A stretch of 56,921 nucleotides of DNA, taken from the IMG/VR virus record IMGVR_UViG_3300037294_000251, positions 1 to 56,921 of that record; one strand, written 5' to 3'. Below the pieces are notes generated by a model. The model saw only the letters and a program-made list of their open reading frames with translations, was not told the origin of the DNA and did no database searches. A program made the position numbers and the translations under genes. This document shows positions 46,388 to 53,469 of the stretch, piece by piece. This DNA is from a virus (taxonomy: Duplodnaviria > Caudoviricetes). The stretch's first letter is position 1, and every line of letters starts with the position of its first letter.

Positions 46388-46491
46388 CAGGCATTCACCC
46401 CGAGACTGCTCATTGTCCGCGCCACGTTTTCGCCAATCGCAAAGCGTGGCGCGCTTAATCCGGTATTGCTAAAGTGGTGTTCAGTCTGCAT
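46387..46491 (-). pseudogene. 34-aa remnant of a Rha/antirepressor-like N-terminus
   Basis: Translated by hand: MQTEHHFSNTGLSAPRFAIGENVARTMSSLGVNA; stop overlaps initiator ATG. Confidence 0.45.
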
Positions 46492-46627
46492 AATTGGGCC
46501 TCTCTGTTGTAACGAACTAGCCACCCGCTCCGGTGGCTTTTTTGTGCCTGAAATTCAGGCGTTTTAGGTGCCTGGCGCATCCGTGGTAACTTTTTGCTTC
46601 CACACGAAAAGGCCACGGAGGCCAGAC

Positions 46628-46948
46628 ATGAACAAAGAAAACGATTTGAGCGCGCAGCAAACAGAAGCACCGGAATTGGCCGCAGCCCTGAAAGCCACAC
46701 AGGAAGGTACGGCGCTGGCGATCTTTGCCTTGGCCGATGCGCTGAAAAAATCCACAGCAGTGGACGTGCAAAGCTTGTCGGAGAAAGTCGAGCGCATCAT
46801 CAAACACGCCAGTCCTGATCTTCATCCGGGCACAGGGGATTGCTTCCTGCTTCCACTGAAGCAAGTGCTTTGGGCGATGTCGGAACGATCAGCAGCGGAT
46901 GAGCTTCGGATTTTTGGTGATCTGAAGTTAAATCTGTCGGCTGAGTAA
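46628..46948 (+). CDS. Counter-oriented moron-like hypothetical protein (106 aa)
   Basis: GGAGG RBS; opposite strand to the pR operon. Confidence 0.6.
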   Translation: MNKENDLSAQQTEAPELAAALKATQEGTALAIFALADALKKSTAVDVQSLSEKVERIIKHASPDLHPGTGDCFLLPLKQVLWAMSERSAADELRIFGDLKLNLSAE

Positions 46949-47135
46949 TAACGTCCGCATTACCCATCAACTCATCAAACGCCGCACGGACAGCCTTGGC
47001 GTAAGTAATGGCCAGGGCTTCAATTTCAACTGAATTCCGCACAGCCAATGGCAGCGCCTCAATCAGTACGATCTTCAATGTTTCGGTCTCGGCGTTGCTT
47101 ACTGCTCTTAGCTTGCCCATGCCCTTCCCCTTCAA
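46800..47135 (-). CDS. Hypothetical protein downstream of cII (3' end overlaps the moron)
   Basis: ORF track; start uncertain. Confidence 0.35.
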   Translation of the reverse strand: MKGKGMGKLRAVSNAETETLKIVLIEALPLAVRNSVEIEALAITYAKAVRAAFDELMGNADVITQPTDLTSDHQKSEAHPLLIVPTSPKALASVEAGSNPLCPDEDQDWRV

Positions 47136-47434
47136 TTAGTTGCGCCCCTGATCGCCGCCATTTCTGGCGCCAACTCAAAGCCAAGCCCTGCCATCGTGTG
47201 CAGCGCTCTGATCACGATGGCAGGGCGATACGTCTGCTCGTCTGCACCTACCAACTTCAAACCGAGGGCAGCAGCAAAAATTGCGAAACGCTCAATGTCA
47301 GCATCCGGCCCTTTCATTCTCGAAATGGTCGATTCATGTACGCCCATCGCGTCCGCCGCTCGTTTTTGGCAAGACGCTGCAAGAGCATGCAAAAGTGCTG
47401 TTTGGTTCTTGTTGGTCAGATCGCTAGTGGTCAT
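47132..47434 (-). CDS. cII: CII-like transcriptional activator
   Basis: Q...ADAMGVHESTISRMK...LGLK.V motif; follows cro. Confidence 0.8.
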   Translation of the reverse strand: MTTSDLTNKNQTALLHALAASCQKRAADAMGVHESTISRMKGPDADIERFAIFAAALGLKLVGADEQTYRPAIVIRALHTMAGLGFELAPEMAAIRGATN

Positions 47435-47445
47435 CTGTAATGAGC

Positions 47446-47661
47446 TCAGGCGGCAGCAGTTGAAGCGGGAAACACCGCATCAAGATCGCAGCTAGCGCCC
47501 AAGGCGTTCAGGGCTGCGACAAGCTCGCGAGCCTCACTTAGGCCGGGTGTGCGATGGCCGTTCTCGTAATTACTCAAGCGGCTCTGGGACCAGCCCAGCA
47601 GCGAGTACAAGGCTGCTGGCTTTATCCCGGCGCTTTCGCGAACTTCGCTAATGCGGTTCAT
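47446..47661 (-). CDS. cro: Cro-like HTH repressor
   Basis: MNRI...RE.AG......LGWSQSRLSNYENG.R.P; divergent from cI; GGAG RBS. Confidence 0.85.
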   Translation of the reverse strand: MNRISEVRESAGIKPAALYSLLGWSQSRLSNYENGHRTPGLSEARELVAALNALGASCDLDAVFPASTAAA

Positions 47662-47687
47662 GGGGTTTCTCCTAGTTAACTGCACAC

Positions 47688-47759
47688 AGGATAAACACGC
47701 ATCGTGATTACTGCAAACACAATTAGTGAAAGGCCGTTATTTCATAACGTGTTTAAAAT
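47688..47759. promoter_or_regulatory. OR region: three 17-bp operators (47693, 47715, 47738), pR (TTGCAG-N17-TATCCT, minus) and pRM -10 (TAAAAT 47754-47759)
   Basis: AAACACGCATCGTGATT, AAACACAATTAGTGAAA, TATTTCATAACGTGTTT share the AAWCAC-N5-GTGWTT pattern with OL. Confidence 0.8.
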
Positions 47760-47766
47760 TTCACCT

Positions 47767-48492
47767 ATGAAAACTCTCGGATCGCGCATTGCGCATTACA
47801 GAAACATCGCTCAAATGTCGCAGGGCTCGCTTGCCAAAGCTTGCGGCTGGGCATCCCAGTCGCGCATAGGAAATTATGAGAAAGACACAAGGGAGCCGAC
47901 ACTTGAGGATATTGCGCAGATAGCCAAGGCATTAGGCATTGATCAGCGCCAGCTCCTTACAGCTGAACCCACAAGGCCCGTAGAGGCCAACGCCGAGCTG
48001 ATCGGCGCAATGTCTGCATGGGATAGCAACACGCCGCTTGGTGACGATGAAGTCGCCATTCCGCTCTATAAGGAAGTTGAATTGGCAGCAGGTAGTGGCG
48101 CATCAGAAGTAATCGAAGTGCCGGGGCGCTTGCTGCGGCTCGCTAAGTCCACGTTGCGCGAGGCTGGTGTACAGGCTGTGCACGCGGTATGCGCCACCAT
48201 TAAAGGCCGTAGCATGGAGCGCCTGATAATGGACGGCGCCACCATCGGCATTGATACCGGCAGCAAGGCCATTGAGGACGGCGAGATATACGCCTTCGAT
48301 CAGGGCGGCATGCTCCGGGTTAAATACCTCTATCGCCTACCCGCTGGCGCCGTTCGCGTGCGCAGCGAGAACGACGAAGAGTTCCCCGACGAAACACTAA
48401 CAGCTGAAGAGTTCGCCCAGGTGCGGATGCTTGGCTGGGTATTCTGGTGGTCAACCGTGCGCCGCCGGCGCGGACTGAGCATCGCTAAGTAA
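47767..48492 (+). CDS. cI: CI-like repressor (HTH plus S24 autopeptidase)
   Basis: HTH, Ala-Gly site ELAAGSG, G.SM catalytic Ser, RVK catalytic Lys. Confidence 0.92.
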   Translation: MKTLGSRIAHYRNIAQMSQGSLAKACGWASQSRIGNYEKDTREPTLEDIAQIAKALGIDQRQLLTAEPTRPVEANAELIGAMSAWDSNTPLGDDEVAIPLYKEVELAAGSGASEVIEVPGRLLRLAKSTLREAGVQAVHAVCATIKGRSMERLIMDGATIGIDTGSKAIEDGEIYAFDQGGMLRVKYLYRLPAGAVRVRSENDEEFPDETLTAEEFAQVRMLGWVFWWSTVRRRRGLSIAK

Positions 48493-48517
48493 TCAAAATC
48501 AACGCAAGGATGCGCAC

Positions 48518-48598
48518 ATGGGTTACCTCACGCTCTCCCGCCGCTCTGGCGAAATGATCCGTTCAGAGTTAGAGCATCCACCTACAGGCATCGTATGA
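48518..48598 (+). pseudogene. 26-aa remnant with CsrA/RsmA-like start (MGYLTLSRRSGEMIR)
   Basis: AAGGA RBS; L.LSRR.GE.I motif then divergence; stop overlaps next ATG. Confidence 0.45.
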
Positions 48599-48906
48599 CA
48601 GAAGAAGCTTTAAAGCCGATCACTCATGGCGAGCTGATCGAGTTCCTTGATGGAACGGGTCGCCCGCCAGAATGCCCCGCCTGCAAGCAAGCGGAGCAAG
48701 GATGGCTATTCCACGTGAACGATCACACGCTAGGGCAAAATGCGCTAATGACGGTGTTTAGCTTTCCGCTTGTTACTCCTGTGGAGCCAAGCGAGTTTCT
48801 AACAGTTATGGCTATGCTCTGTATTGAATGCCCAAAGTGCGCGCACATGGAGTTCATTAGACTGCTGCGTGTTTACCAGTATCTTAAGGGGGCTGCCAAT
48901 GGGTGA
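48595..48906 (+). CDS. Zn-finger-like protein (CPAC...CPKC), immunity-region moron
   Basis: 103 aa, two CxxC motifs. Confidence 0.7.
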   Translation: MTEEALKPITHGELIEFLDGTGRPPECPACKQAEQGWLFHVNDHTLGQNALMTVFSFPLVTPVEPSEFLTVMAMLCIECPKCAHMEFIRLLRVYQYLKGAANG

Positions 48907-49219
48907 CGTATTGAAGGGTAGATGGTCGGCTAATGACAGAGGCGGTAATGGCGGCCATACTGGAGGCACACCACCCGGAGGAAATGACGTGGAAGCCCGT
49001 GTAGCGAAGCTTGAGATCACTGTTAATGACGTACAGGTTCGCCTGGTGCGCATTGAAACTCGTTTAGAGCAAGTGGCTACAAAGACTGATCTGCACGAAA
49101 TGGCGACCTCTTTTCATAAGTCGATGAACGAGCAGACTTGGAAGTTTCTCGCGGGCGCTACAGGTATGTCGGCGCTGTTTGCGACTATCGCATTCGGGCT
49201 TTCTCGGATGGCTGGATAA
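48899..49219 (+). CDS. Coiled-coil protein with C-terminal TM helix, immunity-region moron
   Basis: Gly-rich linker, EARVAKLE coiled coil, ATKTDL, TM at C-terminus. Confidence 0.75.
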   Translation: MGDVLKGRWSANDRGGNGGHTGGTPPGGNDVEARVAKLEITVNDVQVRLVRIETRLEQVATKTDLHEMATSFHKSMNEQTWKFLAGATGMSALFATIAFGLSRMAG

Positions 49220-49239
49220 GCAAAGCCAAGACACCTTTC

Positions 49240-49340
49240 AGCCCGCCCTTCGCGGGGCTTTTTGTTTCTACCCTCCCCTAGCCGTTCTGGCTGACTGACA
49301 AAATCGAATGACCAAGCCCGCCACTGAGCGGGCTTTTTAT
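49240..49340 (+). terminator. Two tandem intrinsic terminators ending the cI operon
   Basis: AGCCCGC..CGGGGCTTTTT and AAGCCCGC-CACTGA-GCGGGCTTTTT. Confidence 0.7.
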
Positions 49341-49356
49341 TGCCTACGATAAAATA

Positions 49357-49400
49357 AATCACATAACGTGATTGACATATTAAACACGATGCGTGATTAT
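49357..49400 (+). promoter_or_regulatory. pL promoter (TTGACA-N17-GATTAT) with OL operators at 49357-49373 and 49382-49398
   Basis: Consensus -35; AATCACATAACGTGATT and AAACACGATGCGTGATT. Confidence 0.85.
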
Positions 49401-49441
49401 CACCCCATCGGAAGCGCAAAACACCGCGCAACTGGAAACAC

Positions 49442-49453
49442 CGCTCTTTAACA
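49442..49453 (+). promoter_or_regulatory. boxA antitermination element
   Basis: CGCTCTTTAACA about 35 nt into the pL transcript. Confidence 0.8.
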
Positions 49454-49673
49454 GTCTGCGATTCACAAGGCCTTAGATGGTCGCGAGCTGCTACGGACTA
49501 GCAGCCACCCAAGCCCATGCGACGGTGCGAACAGGCAAGCAGATGCGACCCGACAGAATCGGTTAGCTGAATCGGCATTGAGGGCCGAGCGCGGAATGCC
49601 TGCGAGATACGGACACTTTCACTGAGCAGCCTTGGCGACAGGGCTGCTTGGGAAAATCAACCGGAGAAACACC

Positions 49674-50551
49674 ATGAAGCTATCCAAGTACATGCAGGCC
49701 TTAATGATCTGCGCAATTGCAGCACCAGCCATGGCGGAAACGCCCGCGAGCCTAAACTTTTGCACCGGCGGTGAAGGTGGCTTTTACGAAGGCCTAGGCA
49801 CGGACATCGGCAAGACGATCGTGAAGGGCTCAAGCATTAAGCTCAACGTGCTGAACACTGGTGGCAGCACGTTGAGAATGCCGAACGCTTGAAGGACGGC
49901 ACTTGTGACATTGCTGTCGTGCAGGCTGATGCCGTAATCACCCAGCCGCTGCCCTCTGATGTGAAGGTGGTCGACGCTCACGAAGAGGTGGTTTATTGGC
50001 TACACGGCAAGAGCGGCGTCAAAGACTTCGGCTTGATGGAAGACAACGCCATCGCCAAAAAATACGCAGTGGCGGCGGTATCCGGCAGCGGCGCATTGGT
50101 CACCGTTAAGCACTGGATCGACACTGACGACGACTACAAAGGCACGGTCGTTGTTGAGTTCGATGACTGGTATGCAGCCGCCGAGGCTGCGTCTCAGGGT
50201 TACGTCAAGAAGGCAAGCGTCACCGTTGAAATCGCCGGCATGCTGTACATCGGTCGCGCTGGCAAGATTAGCACCGACATTACCGAAGACTTTGGCAGCT
50301 CACTGCTAATTGGCGAGGTCAATGACGATTCTTTTGCCAGCTCCAAAGACGCCAACGGCAACCCCTTGTACCGGCATTGCTCTGTAGACAGAAAGCAAAC
50401 GTCAGGCATTAAAACCAGCACCACCCTGTTCCCAGACACCTACTGCCTGCGCGCCCAGATCGTCTACAACAGCGCCTGGCATCAGGGCGACAAGAAGCTT
50501 CGCAAGGCCGTTGATAGGGGCATCAACAGCATCGTGAAAGCGGTTCGCTGA
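49674..50551 (+). pseudogene. TAXI-family TRAP solute-binding protein, frameshifted near 49869
   Basis: Signal peptide, CTG..GG.Y, NTGGS then VENAERL..G.CDIAVVQAD continuing in another frame. Confidence 0.7.
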
Positions 50552-50552
50552 C

Positions 50553-50648
50553 ATGGGCGTCAATCTGCTGATTCTTTCAGCGGCTCTGGTGCCGCTAGCA
50601 ATCGGCTGGTTCGCCGGACGCTGGTGGTACAAGGGAAAAAAACGCTAA
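50553..50648 (+). CDS. 31-aa single-TM peptide (MGVNLLILSAALVPLAIGWFAGRWWYKGKKR)
   Basis: Translated by hand; starts 1 nt after the TAXI stop; TM plus basic tail. Confidence 0.55.
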   Translation: MGVNLLILSAALVPLAIGWFAGRWWYKGKKR

Positions 50649-50649
50649 C

Positions 50650-51095
50650 GAGCAACAAGCGGCCGCTGTGTCCGCCCTCTCCCGCTGATTAGCTGACCCG
50701 GCCCTAAGCTGCCGGCGAGCGTCACGGGAGGAAACGCAGAAGCCGGGCAATAATGCCGTCAACGTCTGACAGCCACGTCAGGGCGCAATGTGGACCGAGC
50801 ACCTCGTAAGAGGCTGTATCGGAGTGCTAGTTGGCAGGTACGAGGCCGGTCATGTCACCGCTGGACGAAAAGCCTCTGGCCAGGGAGCTATCGCCATGTG
50901 ATTCATCCCGGTGCTCTGCGCGTTTAGCTAACGCAACAACTAGCACTACCGATGCAGCAATCTCGCTGTGTCAAAACTCTGTCATCGAGCTAGACACTTG
51001 GGGTCAGAGCGCAACACTAGATCGGGCACGATCAGCTGCCAAGCTCTACGCCATGACGGCGGGTGCTTGGCAGCCGGGAAACGTAACCCGGCACT
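50650..51095 (+). ncRNA. Candidate structured RNA region
   Basis: 21-bp long-range stem 50813-50833/50937-50958 plus several hairpins; no credible ORF. Confidence 0.45.
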
Positions 51096-51103
51096 AATTC
51101 AAC

Positions 51104-51128
51104 AAGCCTAGCAACTGCTGGGCTTTTT
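51104..51128 (+). terminator. Intrinsic terminator in pL operon
   Basis: AAGCCTAGCA..TGCTGGGCTTTTTT. Confidence 0.7.
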
Positions 51129-51154
51129 TGTGCGCGCAGCACTAGGAGAACGCC

Positions 51155-51595
51155 ATGCAATTAGCACAACGCAACGCCAGCGCAATGCGCGCCGGCCAAG
51201 CAGCTTGGGATAACGCCGAGCCGCCAGAAGATTCGCCTAACTGGCTTGAGTCGAGCCAGGGCAGCGACTGGTTTGACGACTCGGTAAATAGCCTTGTGCA
51301 TGGCCATGACCTGCGCCTTGGTCGTCAGGTGATGGTTAGCACGGACGACCTGTATATCAGCGCCGAAGCGGTTTTTATGGCAAATGCCGCCGAGCTGGAC
51401 GGCCTGCAAATCGGAAACATGCTCAAGGCATTGCAGCTTGGCGAGCTGGACACTGCCCGCCGATGCGCTGCCGAGATTCTTGGTCAGCCAACCAAGCGCC
51501 TCGGCTCGGTGCTGGCCGACTTGGCCGAGGAACTGGTTAAGCCGCACGCCGATGCTGCATGCGCCGCGATGAATGCTTGGGAAGGTGAGCAATGA
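51155..51595 (+). CDS. Hypothetical early protein
   Basis: AGGAG RBS; Q..WDNAEPP motif. Confidence 0.75.
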   Translation: MQLAQRNASAMRAGQAAWDNAEPPEDSPNWLESSQGSDWFDDSVNSLVHGHDLRLGRQVMVSTDDLYISAEAVFMANAAELDGLQIGNMLKALQLGELDTARRCAAEILGQPTKRLGSVLADLAEELVKPHADAACAAMNAWEGEQ

Positions 51596-51695
51596 AAGAC
51601 CTAAAAGAACTTCAACGAATGATCCGCTGCCTGCAAGCCGCTGGCTTTGTGTATGTGCGCGATCTGGCTGGAAAGCGTGTGCAGAAGGTGGCGGC

Positions 51696-51944
51696 ATGAA
51701 AGCTAAAGATAATGACGGGCCTGCTTTTCCGGTAGACGCTGATTACCAGCTATTCCAGCCGAAAGACACTGCTGAGGCCAAGCGTCTTTTTTCGGGCATG
51801 ACACTGCGCGACTACTTCGCGGCAAAGGCGATGCAAGGAATGATCGCAAACGACTGGCCTATGCACGGCTTAGGCTCTGTAGCGCACCTTGCAGTGTCTG
51901 CATATGGAATGGCCGACGCCATGCTACTGGAGCGTGCCAAATGA
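51696..51944 (+). CDS. Conserved phage hypothetical protein
   Basis: GPAFP...GMTLRDYFAAKAMQ...AY..ADAML..R. Confidence 0.8.
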   Translation: MKAKDNDGPAFPVDADYQLFQPKDTAEAKRLFSGMTLRDYFAAKAMQGMIANDWPMHGLGSVAHLAVSAYGMADAMLLERAK

Positions 51945-52129
51945 AACGATTAACGATAATCACACTAGCGGCGCTGATGGGCGTAGCACTTGCGCATGGC
52001 ATGTTTTCTTTTTACTGGCTGACGTTTGATCCAAGCCTGTGGACTGCCGACGCAAGGTTTTATGCAATATCTCTTTATTCGGTCTCAGCGGCGGCTGCAA
52101 CGTTGGCTGCACGGGAGGCGACAGAATGA
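51941..52129 (+). CDS. Small two-TM membrane protein
   Basis: 62 aa, coupled. Confidence 0.55.
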   Translation: MKRLTIITLAALMGVALAHGMFSFYWLTFDPSLWTADARFYAISLYSVSAAAATLAAREATE

Positions 52130-52274
52130 CCACATCACCAGTAATGAGCGTGACGGATGAACTGATTGCGGAGCTTGAGGCGGCAGCTAAGGCGTTCGAT
52201 AACCTTGATTTCGATAGCAACACGTGGCGCGCTTGGCTGGATGGCATGTGGACGTATGCGTATCAGGTGAAGGT

Positions 52275-52478
52275 ATGAGCATGGTTTGCGACCTATGCAA
52301 TCTGTCCGGCATTCGATGGATGGGGCCAATGTCCGGCCTTACTCATACAGAGTGCCCGCATTGCGGCGGCACAAATTGTCAGCGCGAAGCCTTCGACGAT
52401 GCGCGATGCAAAGAATGTGGCGAGCCGGGCTGTAATGGCGAGTGCTACGGCGACGACATGATGGGCGCATCATCGTGA
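52275..52478 (+). CDS. Small Cys-rich protein
   Basis: CDLC, CPHCGG, CKECG motifs; ATGA coupling. Confidence 0.55.
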   Translation: MSMVCDLCNLSGIRWMGPMSGLTHTECPHCGGTNCQREAFDDARCKECGEPGCNGECYGDDMMGASS

Positions 52479-52650
52479 CCCGCTACCAGCGCGCCAAGCG
52501 CCACGCAACATGGAAAGGCGCAACACTGGCTCTGATCGCAGTAGCCGCCTACATCTTCGCCCTGAGCTTCGCAGGAAGCCTTACCGGGCAATAATCAAAA
52601 CCAAATCACGCGAGCACGGCCAAGGGCTTTGCTTGCGCGGGAGAAAAAGC

Positions 52651-53469
52651 ATGAGTGCTGTTATTAAACACACGGAGGCGATGCCAGCCATTGCTGAACA
52701 AGCGCTTGTAGAGGTGCTAAGCGGCAGCCTGTACCCGGGCGCCGCGCATAACTCCGTAGTTATGGTGCTTGCTTACTGCAAGGCCGCCCAGCTCGACCCG
52801 ATGCTAAAGCCGGTGCATATCGTTCCGATCTATCAAAAAGGTCTCGGCATGATTGATGTGGTTATGCCGGGTATCGGCCTGTACCGCATTCAAGCGGCAC
52901 GCACTGGCCAGTACGCCGGTATCACTGAGCCTGAGTTTGGGCCAGCGGTTAGCGAGAAGCTGGGTGGCGTGGACGCCATCTACCCCGAGTGGTGCCGCGT
53001 AACGGTTAAGCGCCGAATGCATGACGGCGCCATTGCTGAGTTCACCGCCTATGAGCGCTGGACAGAAAACTACGCAACGGCGGGGCGAGACACGAAGGCG
53101 CCAAACACCATGTGGCTAAAGCGTTCCTTTGCCCAGCTCGCCAAATGCACGGAGGCGCAAGCGCTGCGCAAGGCATTCCCCGAGGTTGGCGCAGCACCTA
53201 CAGCCGACGAAATGGAAGGCAAGTCGTTTGAAGAGTCGGCGCGCGATGTTAGCCCAGCAGCATCAGTGCAAGAACAGAAAAAACCCGGAAAGGCACAGTT
53301 TGAAGACGCTGCATTTGCCGAAAAACTGCCGGTATGGCAGGCGGGAGTCGACGCCGGCAAGACCAGCCCAGAAGACCTGATTGCCTTCCTGCAATCCAAG
53401 TACGAGCTAACTGACAGCCAGATTGATTCGATCAACCGTATGGCTCCAATTGAGGGTAGCGAAGCATGA
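52651..53469 (+). CDS. bet: Single-strand annealing recombinase (Bet/RecT family)
   Basis: YC....LDP..K.VH.VP, GI..YR..A.R, QLAKC.EAQALRKAFP. Confidence 0.9.
   Translation: MSAVIKHTEAMPAIAEQALVEVLSGSLYPGAAHNSVVMVLAYCKAAQLDPMLKPVHIVPIYQKGLGMIDVVMPGIGLYRIQAARTGQYAGITEPEFGPAVSEKLGGVDAIYPEWCRVTVKRRMHDGAIAEFTAYERWTENYATAGRDTKAPNTMWLKRSFAQLAKCTEAQALRKAFPEVGAAPTADEMEGKSFEESARDVSPAASVQEQKKPGKAQFEDAAFAEKLPVWQAGVDAGKTSPEDLIAFLQSKYELTDSQIDSINRMAPIEGSEA

Noticed and set aside
49400-51150. tRNA, CRISPR-repeat mimic or hammerhead ribozyme in the non-coding stretches
   Set aside because: By eye no cloverleaf with TTCGA loop, no match to Pseudomonas I-C/I-E/I-F repeats, no CTGATGA core; covariance search still needed
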